Notes under the pieces: model-generated
The model's input: only the letters and a program-made list of their open reading frames with translations
Database searches by the model: none
Told to the model about the DNA's origin: nothing
Made by a program: the position numbers and the translations under genes
Shown: positions 1 through 15,115 of the stretch, one piece after another
How positions within the stretch are numbered: the first letter of the stretch is position 1
Layout: the number at the start of each line of letters is the position of its first letter
Assembly: GCA_964016885.1 (NCBI GenBank)
Contig: OZ024742.1
Coordinates: 80,910,001 to 80,974,000, forward strand
Direction of reading: 5' to 3'
DNA: 64,000 bases
Source of the DNA: Eledone cirrhosa
Taxonomy: Eukaryota

Positions 1-46
1 AAAAGGGACGTAACTATGCTGGAAAGCATGGCGTCCGACCCTCTAC
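1..46 (-). mobile_element. SINE fragment (cut by window edge)
   Basis: Nearly identical to 17146-17190 of the fuller SINE copy (aaagggacgtaactatgctggaaagcatgg.gtc.gaccctctac). Confidence 0.75.
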
Positions 47-365
47 AACGTTCCTATATCATCATACTCTTTTTCCACGTTCGTATACTGAACATTGGTG
101 TTATCATAGGTCATTGACACCTAGATTTTAAACATTCTTACGCTGAAATGCTGTCATGTATTTGAACTAGTTTGTCTTAAATTCATTCTTTGTAATGGTA
201 AGTACACTTATGAGCGGTTGTTTAGGACAATCGTCAGCCACTCCAAAGTGATATTTGGTTATGATATTTTAAGCTCGCTGTCAAATAGCGCTTACATTTA
301 TAATTTATCTTTCTGGTGTTAATATAACAAAGTACTGGTTGCGTTTAAACGAATATAAATCTCAC

Positions 366-536
366 GAACATAAAGACGCTGAGTAGAAACATCGCAAATC
401 CTTTAAAGTATTATGGTCTTCAATGATATCTATGCGGTAGAAAGTATTGGCGGATTTGTTCACATATATAGGCATTGCGGTTAAGTAAAATTTCATATAG
501 TTAGGTTTATACCGGTATTTAAGCTGTCTGCTTTCT
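366..536 (-). CDS. Possible host-gene exon (171 nt)
   Basis: Minus strand: aaatag acceptor, open frame ESRQLKYRYKPNYMKFYL...FYSASLC, GTGAGA donor; no recognisable homology. Confidence 0.25.
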
Positions 537-566
537 CTATTTCGGAACACAATAAATAGAACAAGG

Positions 567-610
567 AGAGAGAGAGAGATGGGAGAGACAGAGAGAGATA
601 GAGAGATAGA

Positions 611-702
<92 letters not shown>
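567..702. repeat. (GA)n microsatellite
   Basis: Direct reading. Confidence 0.95.
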
Positions 703-705
<3 letters not shown>

Positions 706-1128
706 CAGCACGTATAAGATACACACTCAGAACATCACAAAGAATCTTAATTATTGGCGCTGCATTTACAAATATATTGTGACTCTACTGAAGCATTGCA
801 GATTTATATGTTTCGTCTTGACCAAACAAGAGCTATAAATAACAATTTCAGTGTTTTGACTTCACATAGATCATTCTCATGATATTTCCTAATATATTCT
901 AAATCGGTTCGTTAAAGTTCCATCACTTTTGGGAATGGTTCCAACATTTCCCAATCGATATTGGACCGGTAAGAAGAAATAGTAGTATATTAAGAGCGGA
1001 AACGATGCTGCAGTCGATTCGGTAATTAGTCCAAACCAACATTGAATCTTTTCAAGTTCGTACAGTACACTGAAATTTTATAGCCAGAAGATTTACATAT
1101 CTGTTAGCCACAATGCCATGTACAATAT

Positions 1129-1473
1129 CCGGCAGATTAACCCACTAGATATGCAAATTGGGCTACTCAGCCGTTAATATGCATAAGGTAAGTATATACG
1201 TTCAACAATCTGGCAGGAAGGTATACGTTGCTGACGATAGCTAATAAGCTTGAAACTAGTACAGCGTTCCTTTGTCAGTGTTGAACAAACGAGCAACAAT
1301 GGTTGCTGGACACTACGGCTTAATACGGGATGTTTGTTTACAAACACACCGAGCATTATAATAAATGTTCGGTGAATCCATACGTACATATATATATGTT
1401 GCATGTATGTATATATATATACATACTACTGTACGACTGTATACATATATGTATGTACGTGTACATACTTATA
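1129..1473 (+). mobile_element. Non-coding HHR-containing repeat (retrozyme-like), copy 1
   Basis: Homologous to 24040-24827 and 30168-30548; no meaningful ORF; ends in (TA)n. Confidence 0.8.
1225..1267 (+). ncRNA. Type I hammerhead ribozyme, intact core
   Basis: ACGTTG-CTGACGA-tAGCT aata AGCTt-GAAA-CTAG-TA-CAGCGT; stem I ACGTTG/CAGCGT, palindromic stem III ACTAGT, GUA cleavage triplet. Confidence 0.85.
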
Positions 1474-1484
1474 TATATATATAT

Positions 1485-3908
<2,424 letters not shown>

Positions 3909-4092
3909 TATATATATATATATATATATATAGTTAAAAGAATAGAGGTGTAACACACAAGTTATTATATATTGGTAAACGGAATAGAAAATGCTGACAA
4001 ATTGTTCACGGTTGAAAAATGGTTTAATTAGGAATAAAAGAGTATTAGTGATTGTATGGGTTAGTATTCAGTTGTGGTTTTAAGTTTTTAAG

Positions 4093-4131
4093 TTTTTACC
4101 GGTTGCGCATTTCTAAATGCTTTTCAAAAAT
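4093..4131 (-). ncRNA. Minimal hammerhead-like variant (TTGAAAA...GCAA)
   Basis: ttt-TTGAAAA-GCATTT ag AAATGC-GCAA-CCGG-TA-aaaa; weak stem I, A13C; second copy at ~8545-8582 (+). Confidence 0.4.
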
Positions 4132-4196
4132 AATTTTGAGATAGAGTGTCCGTGCTGTTTGCTCTGATCTGATTAGTTTTGGGAATTCTACCTGTT

Positions 4197-4420
4197 TTTT
4201 ATGTTAAAAAAGTGGCTCCAGCGTTATTTTTGGGTTGCAAAAATGCTTGTGGTCAAAACAATTTGGATTGGCCGGTAGAGGTCATGTGAATGTAAAAAGT
4301 TGATTTTGCGCCAAGACTGGTTTTATGTTAAAAAAGTGGCTCCAGCAAAAATTCTTGGTCAAAACAATTTTGATTGGTCGGTAGAGGTCATGTGGATAAA
4401 AAATTGGTTTTGCGCCAAGA
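4197..4420. repeat. Two tandem ~100-120 bp units inside the Neptune-like pLTR
   Basis: ttttatgttaaaaaagtggctccagc...ggtagaggtcatgtg...ttttgcgccaaga occurs twice; mirrored at ~8255-8480. Confidence 0.8.
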
Positions 4421-4584
4421 TTGAGAAATGACTCTTTCACAACAAATATGTGTGTGTGTGTGTATGTGTGTGTGTGTGTGTGTGTATGTGTGTATATGTG
4501 TGTGTGTGTGTGGTAGTAGTAGTGAGGTTTTCGATGCTGCGACAATGGCCAGCAGCGATGTGTGTCAAATGGCTATTAAGATAA

Positions 4585-4628
<44 letters not shown>

Positions 4629-5154
4629 CTGTGTGTATAGCAGAGTAATTCGATGGTCAGTAAGAAAGTGTCTGAAAGCAATGGGGGGTATTTTAGCATG
4701 TCAAAAGATATTTTTCAACTTTTGTCTTATACGGAGAAATGCGTGTGTGTGTGTGTGTGTATAAGTCTCTTTGTATGTTGATGTTCGCGTGTGTATGTGT
4801 TTGTGTATATATGTGTGTGTGTGTATGTGTGGGTGGACCAGTATTTTTTTCCCCCTGGTAAATGGTGTACATTATTCGATTATTTCAGTAAAATCAGTTC
4901 TCTTAATAGAACATCAAACATCTTAACAATAAAAGGTGTGAAATGAGATTCACTATATACATATACACATAAATATATTCACTACATATATATATATATA
5001 TATATACATATATACATACATATATATGCACATATATTTTTTTGTATTGCACCATAGAGCATGTGTGTTTACGTGTGTCATTGTGTTTATATGTGGGTGG
5101 AGATGTGTGCTGATGTAGGTATGTATGTTGACGTGTGTATGTTGTGGGTTCGTC

Positions 5155-7420
5155 TTAGGGAGAAGTGTTTAGACGGGGTCCGTATTTGTTAATGAAGTAA
5201 GATTCCTTGCTGGTGCGCTGGGTGTGGGTGGCATTATCTTTAAATTTGTAGAGGGGAAAGATTCTGAAGTTGGGATGATTTTGGGCGGCACAGGTATCAA
5301 TGTGTTCACTCAGTGGTATTTTCCTGTATTCCCGTATTTTAATTTGGGATCTATGGACAGTCATGCGTTGGCGGAGGCTGTTTTTTGTCTGGCCTATGTA
5401 TTGTTCTCGACAACCTGAACAAGTTAATACATATATTAGATTTTCCGATGCACATGTGAAATTGTGTTTTACTATAAAACGTTGTATATCTTTGAAATAG
5501 AATTCCGAACCCTCTATTAGGTTGATGCAAATGCCACAGTTGGGTCTATCGCATTTTTTTACTGTGGGTTTCGTTGTTGTGGTTGGCAGTACTTTGGCAT
5601 GTGTTAAGATGTTTTTCATTGACTTGGATTGTCTTTTGCTCTTTATGATATCGTGTGTTCGTAGAATTTGGTTCATTCTATGGTCCTTTTTCAATACAGG
5701 GATGTTCTGGAGGATGGTGTCAAAGGCCTCATTGTTGAGGGGGTTGTGTGTGGAGATGTATGGAAGAGCTTTTAGTTTTGGTTGATTTACTTTAGGGTGT
5801 CTAAGGTCCTGGGTACTGAGTTTTAGGGCACGTTGGATTACATTGTCAATTTGTGATGCTGGGTAGTCCCTGCCTATGATTGTGTCCTTTAGCTCTTGTA
5901 GCCGTAAGTAGCAGATGTTTTTATTGGAGACAATAGTACAGATTCTCTTGGCTAAGTTGTAGGGAATATTAATTTTATCGTGTCTAGGGTGACAAGAGTT
6001 GAAGGGGAGATATTGCTTGGAGTCTGTGGGACTGTAGTACATGTCTGTTTCTATTTTTTTGTTATGGATCTTAATGAGGATGTCGAGGAAGGGGAGTTGT
6101 TGATGGCTGTATTCCATCGTGAAGTTAATATTTGTGTTGAGCCCATTTATAAGGGTGTGAAATTCTTTAAGTTTTTCGATGTTTTCGTGCCAAAGGATGA
6201 AGCAGTCATCTAGATATCGCTTCCAGTTCCTTTCAATGTGTAAGTGGAGGTTGTTTCAAAATTTGTTTAGGACGTTAGTGTAGAGGGTGATTTCCAGGTA
6301 TCCCATGACTAGGTTGGCATAAGTAGGGGCTGTTTTCGTTCCCATAGCGGTCCCAGATTTCTGCCTGTAGGGTTTGTTATTGAAAACGAAGTAATTGTTC
6401 TCCAAGATAAATTTGAGTCCTTCTATCACGAATTCTTTTTTGATGCGTTGTGGGAGTTCATTGTGGAAATTATCCAGCCAGAATTGGATAGCTTCTATTC
6501 CTAGGTTGTGGGGGATATTGGAGTATAGGTTGACTACATCGAACGTCACCAGTAGGGTTTGTTCAGAAAATGGCATATTAGGGAGGTGATTGAGCATATC
6601 TAGGTCGTCCCTTATATAGCTTTTGATGTGCTTGAGGAAGGGTTTGAGAAGGGTATCATTGAAGTTGCTAAGACGGTGCGTTTCGCAAGCGGGGCCTGCT
6701 ATTATAGGTCTTAATTTGAGATCATTGGGTGAGGGGACATTGATGACTATGTCTGTGGCTTCCTTGCATGCCTTACTGATGGATTCGCTTTTATGTACTT
6801 TAGGGATACCGTAGAAAAGGCTGGATTTACTTGTGAAGTCTGTGATGAAGCTGAATTCCTTGTTAGTGGGTCCTTCTTTGTATTGGTTGATTAGAGTTTT
6901 TAGGTTTCTCATAATTTTCAGTTGATTGTAGTGTTCAGCCTTTTCGTAGTATGTTTCGTTTTCCAAAGTGGAGAGCGCTAAGTTGATATAGAATTCTGTC
7001 TCCATTATGACTACTGTACTCCCTTTATCAGCCTCTTTAATTGTAATGGTTCTGTCGGTTTTTAATCTATTTAATTCTTCCCATTCTTTCTTGTTGAGGT
7101 TTGGCTTGTGTTTTTGTCTGTACAAGTGTTGGTAAGGGAAGTTTGTGATGTGTTCACAGAATTCGTCCAGGATTTTATTTCTACCTTTTGAAGGGGTGTA
7201 ATTGCTTCTATTTCTGACTAATGATTCATCCTCATTCTACTGGTCGAATAGTTGTTCACTAAGTCGTAACTTTCTACAGAAGTCTGTGATGTCTTCCTTC
7301 ATTTCATAGTAGTTAGGACGTAGTGGGGTCGGTGTGAATTTAAGACCTTTGGAGAGTAAGTTGATAAGGTTGGGTGTTGGTTCTGCACTAGTAAAATTGA
7401 TAATTTTTATTACTATCGGT
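5155..7420 (-). pseudogene. Neptune-like PLE polyprotein (RT + Cys-rich linker + GIY-YIG endonuclease), interrupted
   Basis: LSKGLKFTP, FYGIPKVHK, LRPIIA, TFDVVNLYSNI, GTAMGTKTAPTYANLVMG, WKRYLDD, PFLD, CDRPNCGIC, NLIYVLTCSGCREQYIGQT; stops near 7238 (TAG) and 6256-6258 (TGA, in frame with the downstream ORF). Confidence 0.92.
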
Positions 7421-8001
7421 TTCTCCAGCGCATCAGCAAGGAATCTTACTTCATTGACAAATACGGACCCCGTCTAAACACTTCTCCCTAAGACGAACCC
7501 ACAACATACACGTCAACATACATACCTACTTCAGCACACATCTCTACCCACATATAAACACAATGACACACGTAAACACACATGCTCTATGGTGCAATAC
7601 AAAAAAATATATGTGCATATATATGTATGTATATATGTATATATATATATATATATGTAGTGAATATATGTATGTGTATATATATATAGTGAATATCATT
7701 TCACACCTTTTATTGTTAAGATGTTTGATGTTCTATTAAGAGAACCGATTTTACTGAAAAAATCGAATAATGTACACCATTTTACCAGGGGGAAAAATAC
7801 TGGTCCACCCACACATACACACACACACATATATACATAAACACATACACACGCGTACATCAGCATACAAAGAGATGTATACACACACACACACACACGC
7901 ACTTCTCCGTATAAGACAAAAACTGAAAAATATATTTTGACATGCTAAAATACCCCCCATTGCTTTCAGACATATTCTTACTGACCATCGAATTACTCTG
8001 C

Positions 8002-8080
<79 letters not shown>

Positions 8081-8151
8081 TTATCTTAATAGCCATTTGA
8101 CACACATCGCTGCTGGCCATTGTCGCAGCATCGAACACCTCACTACTACTA

Positions 8152-8217
<66 letters not shown>

Positions 8218-8719
8218 TCACACACATATTTGTTGTGAAAGAGTCATTTCTCAATCTTGGCGCAAAACCAATGTTTTATCCACATGACCTCTACCGACCA
8301 ATCAAAATTGTTTTCACCAAGAATTTTTGCTGGAGCCACTTTTTTAACATAAAAACAGTCTTGGCGCAAAATCAACTTTTCACATTCACATGACCTCTAC
8401 CGACCAATCAAAATTGTTTTGACCACAAGCATTTTTGCAACACAAAAATAACGCTGGAGCCACTTTTTTTAACATAAAAACAGGTAGAATTCCCAAAACT
8501 AATCAGATCAGAGCAAACAGCACGGACACTCTATCTCAAAATTATATTTGGAAAGCATTTAGAAATGCGCAACCGGTAAAAACTTAAAACCACAACCGAA
8601 TACTAACCCATACAATCACTAATACTCTTTTATTCCTAATTAAACCATTTTTTCAACTGTGAACAATTTGTCAGCATTTTCTATTCCGTTTACCAATATA
8701 TATATATATATATATATAT

Positions 8720-8790
<71 letters not shown>

Positions 8791-9607
8791 GATAAATCTA
8801 CCAAGAGTTTACGGTAGTGTCCAATCCGTATGAAGAACTCAATGTATTCCGGATATCATGGAAAGAAGAGATGTAATGAAAAATCACTTTCGGTGAAAGA
8901 TAAACGGAATACAGAGTCAAGATAAAATATTAAACAAATAATGAATAAAACAATGAAACAGTTCCTTATATTAAACAAAAAAAGTTCATTATTTAACGAT
9001 CGTTTCTAGGATATATATGTGTTAGAATTGGCATGCATATTTCGAAGTTTATAGATACATCTATAAATAAGCAGTCTGCCCAAACAGTTGAATACTGACC
9101 TCTTCCCCCCCCCCCCTCCCACCTAATTTCTGTATCTTGATCTAAATGTGTGTGGCAGTGTTTATGTGAGTGAATTAATATCCATGTGCTTATGATAATA
9201 TTATATCCACATATATATGTGTGTGGGTGTGTGTGCGTGTATGTATGTTCGTAATTATGTGTATGTTTATGCATATGCGCGCGCGTGTGTGTGAGTGTAT
9301 GGATATGTATGAATATGAGAATATGTGTATACACTTATTTCATATTTATGTGTCTATACGCATTTTATCTGTGGATTATAAACTTACAGAGACATTAGCC
9401 TTAAATTTTTTGTATTTGCATACATCTTTTTGGCATGCGTATGCATGTTGAGCATATATCTTTGTATAAATATGTGTACGGGGTTAGTTACATGTATATA
9501 CACACACCAAACTGCATAAAACTTTTTGTATTTTCATTGGTCAATTTTGAACTCCGTTCCGAAACGGACCTGAAATTTTGAATCGTTGTTATTATCAATA
9601 AATGTAT

Positions 9608-9762
9608 TTCATTATTTCTGAAGACGGCATATATGTGTGTTTGGTATGTATATTTAATCTTGATAGTTTGTATAATTTTGTATAATTTTGTACATAGATC
9701 TGTTGAATATGCATGCCAATTCTAACACATATATATCCTAGAAACGATCGTTAAATAATGAA
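9608..9762 (+). ncRNA. Type I hammerhead with 116-nt rod-like stem II (5' pLTR)
   Basis: TTCATTATTT-CTGAAGA-[9625-9740]-GAAA-CGATCG-TT-AAATAATGAA; 10-bp stem I, palindromic AACGATCGTT stem III. Confidence 0.75.
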
Positions 9763-10112
9763 CTTTTTTTGTTTAATATAAGGAACTGTTTCATTGTTTT
9801 ATTCATTATTTGTTTAATATTTTATCTTGACTCTGTATTCCGTTTATCTTTCACCGAAAGTGATTTTTCATTACATCTCTTCTTTCCATGATATCCGGAA
9901 TACATTGAGTTCTTCATACGGATTGGACACTACCGTAAACTCTTGGTAGATTTATCTACATAATTTTGCTCCTATTTTCACGGAAATATTCGTATTTTTG
10001 TACTGTATGTGTGTATTAATTTTATATTTATGTATATACATATATATGTATGATTTTGTAAACCCATATACATTTAGTTGAGCTCTTTCAATTGTCCATC
10101 ATCCATATCACA

Positions 10113-12488
10113 ATGGAAAAACAATATTTGGGAACCTCTTTAAAAAACATACCAATACCTTCTAAGGATGACTTCTTACTCCTTATGATTCAAAAAACTA
10201 ATAATTTTATCAGAAGAGTTAGATGGAGGGCCTACCACTTCGACAAAAAATCTAAACAAGCAGATCGGAAATATATGTATGATTTCAATACTTACAAGAA
10301 TCCACCACACAACTTTTTACTTGAAGACTTCGAGAAAGACCTTTTTAATTTAATTAAACACCTCAAATTTAAAAAGTATAAATCCGTCTTTCAAAAGGAC
10401 CTTGATTCTACCCTATTGGACCTAAACAAGTCTAAAAAAATCCATGTCCACTCGGACAAAACTGGTAACTTGTATCACATGGATATTGAACATTATAATG
10501 AGTTTATATATAAAGAACTCAGAAAAAATTATAAAAAATCTAATAATGCGTCACTCACCAACATCAACAACAAAACACACAACATAGTAAAAAAACTAAA
10601 CATTGAAGATAGAACTGAACCTTTGGCATTGAAAAGACCACACTTCAACCTGAAGGATCATAAATCAAACTTTAACTCAAATCCTTCTATAAGACTTATA
10701 TGTCCCTCCAAATCAGATATTGGAATAATTAGCAAAAAAATTTTGGATAGAGTCATCCCACAAATAAGAAAACACGTTATTTTACCACTCTGGGAAAACA
10801 CCTCCCAGGTAATTAACTGGTTTAAAAATATTAGATGTAAATCTTCTGCTTCATTTCTACAATTTGATATAGATAATTACTATTCTTCTATATCACCTAT
10901 ACTCCTGAACAAAGCATTGATATTTGCTAAAAATAGATCTAACTTAACTTTGGATGACATTAATATTATTACACATGCTAGACTAACACTTATTGAATTT
11001 CAGAATGAATACTGGACCAGAAACACATATAGTAATCTATTTGATATTACTATGGGTTCAAGCGATTCCGCCCAAATTACTGATCTTGTGGGCCTCTTTC
11101 TCCTTTTCAACATAAATGCCTCCTTTCCCCACCTTAAAGGTGGTTTATATCGTGATGACTGTCTTCTTCTTTCTAACAACCTTAGCCTTTCAGAAATAGA
11201 AAAAAACAAAAAACATATTAGAACTTTCCTTAAAGACTATTATAATCTTCATATTACTTTTGAAAAAACAAGTAAAGTAGTAAATTTCCTAGATATAACT
11301 TTAGATTTAGCTACGGGTATCTACCAACCTTACCATAAACCAAACCAAAACTTACATTACATACACTCACAATCTAATCACCCTAAATCTATCCTTAAAA
11401 ACCTTGCATATAATATATCACTTAGAATTTCTACCCTTTCTTCTAACCAAGATGTATTTGATAAAAATGCGACCTTCTATAACGAAGCTCTAGATAGAAG
11501 TGGCCACAAAAATAGATTAGAATATATACCTTCTACTAAAAATACTAAAAGCATACAACCTAATATTACCAACAAACACCAAATGAAAAGTACACACCTA
11601 AATGCCACCCACACTATACCCCAAAATACCAAATCTTCTAATATAAAATATAGTAACTCTCAAAAAACTACTCATCATACAACTCTAATAAATATTAATA
11701 ATAAATCTCCCAATAAAAAAGATAAAACACCTAAATCTACAAATATAACTAAAAATGGTTGTGGTGAGATCATTAACATTAATCCTCCTAGTAAACATCA
11801 CGATACAACCTATAAAAATAATAAAAATAATAAACAACATAGAAACCGTAATAGACGGGTTACTTGGTATAATGCTCCATTTAATTTACAAATTAAGGAT
11901 AATATTGCTAAAAAATTTTTTTATATCCTAGAGAAAAACTTCCCGCCAAACCACAAATACCATCAAATCTTAAATAGGTCTACAGTTAAATTCTCATACT
12001 CAACAACAAATAACATAAAACAAAATATAAGTGCCTATAATGCATATAAATGTAAGAAAACCATAAGTATACCACCAATACATCAAATTAACCATAATAT
12101 CTCCTCAAATACAGAATTAACGAAAGGTTGTAACTGTAGAAACAAAGCAAACTGCCCATTAAAAGGGAATTGTCTTGTTAACAACATAGTCTATAAATGT
12201 AATGTTAAAACTAAAGATTCTATTTGCTCGTATATAGGAGCTACTTCTAACAATTTTAAGACAAGGTTTAATACCCACAAGCATAGTTTTAAAAATGCCG
12301 CACTGGCTAATACAACATCTCTAGCAGAAAAAATCAATAGTTATAAAAATAAGAATATAGAATATGATTTGACCTGGAGTGTGCTCAAAAGAGCCACCCC
12401 TTATCAAAATAATAGAAATGAATGTAGATTATGTTCCCAAGAACTATTTGAAATAATGAAATCTAAGGATATCCTATTAAATAAATGA
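10113..12488 (+). CDS. PLE polyprotein: reverse transcriptase + GIY-YIG endonuclease (Nematis-like)
   Basis: Uninterrupted ~791 codons from first ATG; SLKNIP, DKTGNLY, LKDHK, QFDIDNYY, FDITMGSSDSA, GGLYRDD, NFLD, SNHP, CNCR..CPL..CL, IVY...YIG; homology continues 21 codons past the TGA. Confidence 0.93.
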   Translation: MEKQYLGTSLKNIPIPSKDDFLLLMIQKTNNFIRRVRWRAYHFDKKSKQADRKYMYDFNTYKNPPHNFLLEDFEKDLFNLIKHLKFKKYKSVFQKDLDSTLLDLNKSKKIHVHSDKTGNLYHMDIEHYNEFIYKELRKNYKKSNNASLTNINNKTHNIVKKLNIEDRTEPLALKRPHFNLKDHKSNFNSNPSIRLICPSKSDIGIISKKILDRVIPQIRKHVILPLWENTSQVINWFKNIRCKSSASFLQFDIDNYYSSISPILLNKALIFAKNRSNLTLDDINIITHARLTLIEFQNEYWTRNTYSNLFDITMGSSDSAQITDLVGLFLLFNINASFPHLKGGLYRDDCLLLSNNLSLSEIEKNKKHIRTFLKDYYNLHITFEKTSKVVNFLDITLDLATGIYQPYHKPNQNLHYIHSQSNHPKSILKNLAYNISLRISTLSSNQDVFDKNATFYNEALDRSGHKNRLEYIPSTKNTKSIQPNITNKHQMKSTHLNATHTIPQNTKSSNIKYSNSQKTTHHTTLININNKSPNKKDKTPKSTNITKNGCGEIININPPSKHHDTTYKNNKNNKQHRNRNRRVTWYNAPFNLQIKDNIAKKFFYILEKNFPPNHKYHQILNRSTVKFSYSTTNNIKQNISAYNAYKCKKTISIPPIHQINHNISSNTELTKGCNCRNKANCPLKGNCLVNNIVYKCNVKTKDSICSYIGATSNNFKTRFNTHKHSFKNAALANTTSLAEKINSYKNKNIEYDLTWSVLKRATPYQNNRNECRLCSQELFEIMKSKDILLNK

Positions 12489-12494
12489 CAGGAA

Positions 12495-13061
12495 TTAATT
12501 ATATCGTGTAATCATAAACTAAAAAAAACATTTAAATATTATAAACCTAATTAATAACATTATTTTAGAAATTAATATATAATTTAATTTAAATGTTAGT
12601 TAACCTATAAATTTAATTTAATTAAAATTCTACTACAGATGAGAATATAAAATATTGTGTAATCATAAATTGTGAAAAACCTTTAAATATTACTAATATA
12701 AACTTAGTAATTTAATTCATAGATTAATTTTAATTTATTTAACCCTTTATTAAAATTCCTTTACAGATAAAATATAACAAAATATCGTGTATCCAATGAC
12801 AGAGAAATAATTTTTTAGTATTATAGACCTAATTAATATACATTTTAGAAATATATTTATAATTTGGTTTTAAATTTAGTCAACCTAAAAATTTAATTTA
12901 ATTGGCTTAAAATTAGTATCCTAATACAGACGGATTGCAGAGTGTCATGTAATCATAGAATGGGATGTGTTTTGGATGTATACCTAGTTAATATATTCTT
13001 TGCAATTTTTGAAAAAATATGTATATGTATGTATGTATGTGTATGTGTATGTATGTATGTA

Positions 13062-13116
<55 letters not shown>

Positions 13117-13490
13117 ATGTATATGTATTAATTTTGATTTCTATTTGCATATAATTATATTCTGCTATTGATAAAATACAATATCTGTTTTATTTATTAT
13201 ATACCTAATTAACATATACTATAGAAATTAATATATCATTTTTAATTTAGTTAACCTATAATTTATATTCTACTACCGATGTAATACTTTATTTGTTTTT
13301 TCCCTATTACTAATTTCATTTCCTAATATTGATACCATAACGTTAATAACTTTAATTTAGTTATACTATAATTAATACACTACTACTATTTAACTTCAAA
13401 ATTCTGCTTCAAATATTATAAACCTAACTAATTTACACCTTAGAAATCAATATGTTAACTTTCTTTAGTTTAGTTAACATATAATTAATG
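12495..13490 (+). repeat. Degenerate ~130-160 bp tandem array in PLE 3' UTR derived from the ORF end
   Basis: atatcgtgtaatcataaa-like motif at ~12501, 12652, 12782, 12942; tattataaacctaattaa...ttagttaacctataa-like motif at ~12537, 12819, 13195, 13413. Confidence 0.7.
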
Positions 13491-13679
13491 ATATACTTAT
13501 TTTGAAATGCATAATTTTGCCTTATTTCTTGCATTTCCTAACACTGAAACTATGTAAAAACATATATTGAGATCCAAATACAGATTAATATTCTATGTTT
13601 CTTGAAACATATATTTACTATAATCCCCTTCTCCACCCCCCACCCCTTTCCCCCATACTATTATCATCTGTGTTTGTAA

Positions 13680-14541
13680 GCGTGTATGTAAGAATATATA
13701 TGTAGGTAGGTGTATATATGTTTGGGTGTTTATATCTGAGTATAAGAATACATATATGCGCATGCAAATAAGAATGTATGATTGTGTGTATATATATGTA
13801 TATATATATATGTGTATATATGCATGTGTATATATATGTGTATATATATATATATGTATGTGTGTATATGTGTATATATGTGTGGGCTTGTATGTGTGTG
13901 TATATATATATATATATATGTGTGTATGTATGTGTATGTATATATGTGTATGTATATGTATGTCTCTCTATATATATGTCTATCTTCGTATCTATGTGGG
14001 TATATATGTGTGTATGTACATGTATGCACATGTATATGTTTATGTGTATATGTGTGTATGTGTATATATGTACGTGTGCGCACATATATATGTGAGTGTG
14101 TGTGTGTGTGTGTATATATAAATATGTATATCTATGTGTGTATATATATATTCGTATGTGTATATATATATATTATTTATTATTATAATATAACTTATGT
14201 GTATATGTATATATGTGAAGGTGTGTATGTGTATATATATGTATATGTATGTGTAAACATATATATGTGTATGCGTGTTTTTGTTTTATATGTATATATA
14301 TGTGTGTATGTATGTGTTTGTATGTGTGTTTATGGTTGTATGAGTGTGTGGGTATATATAGAGATATATGGGTATATATATATATATATATATATGTGTA
14401 TATGTATCTCTATTAATGTGTGTATATATGTATATGTATATACCTTTTTCTTTGTATGTCTGAGTTGTGTGAGAGTGTAGTGGTGTTTGTATGTATATAC
14501 GCATATATGGATGCGTGTGTATTTGTATAAATGTATGTATG

Positions 14542-14575
<34 letters not shown>

Positions 14576-15054
14576 TGTATATGTATCTCTATTTGTATGT
14601 GTATATGTGTATATGTATATACCTTTTTCTTTGTATGTCTGAGTTGTGTGAGAGTGTAGTGGTGTTTTGTATGTATATACCGATATATGGATGCGTAAGT
14701 ATTTGTATATATGCGTATATATAAGTATGTATGTGTGGGTGAATATATATCTATGTATGAGTATGTATGTGTGTGTATGTATGTGTGTATGTGTGTATGT
14801 ATGTATGTATGTCTGTATGTATATGTGTGTATATATATGTATGTATGTGTATGTCTGTATGTATATAAGTATGTATGTGTATGTATTTGTGCGTGTATGT
14901 GTATATATATGCGTGTCTATATATGTGTGTGTGTATATATGCGTATATATGTGTGTATATATATATATATGTATGTGTGTATATGTGTGTATATATATAT
15001 ATGTATATGTTTATATATGTGTGTGTGTGTGTGTTGTATGTGTAGATGTGTGTA

Positions 15055-15101
<47 letters not shown>

Positions 15102-15115
15102 ACATATATATATAT
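13680..15115. repeat. Long compound (TA/TG)n low-complexity tract inside PLE 3' UTR
   Basis: Direct reading; includes a duplicated block at ~14438-14520 / ~14617-14700. Confidence 0.9.

Larger units (their letters stand above)
3932..8700 (-). mobile_element. Near full-length Penelope-like element (Neptune-like) with 5' inverted pLTR
   Basis: Minus-strand RT/GIY-YIG reading frame ~7420-5155; ~1.26 kb inverted repeat 3966-5222 / 7426-8700; (TA)n on both sides. Confidence 0.93.
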
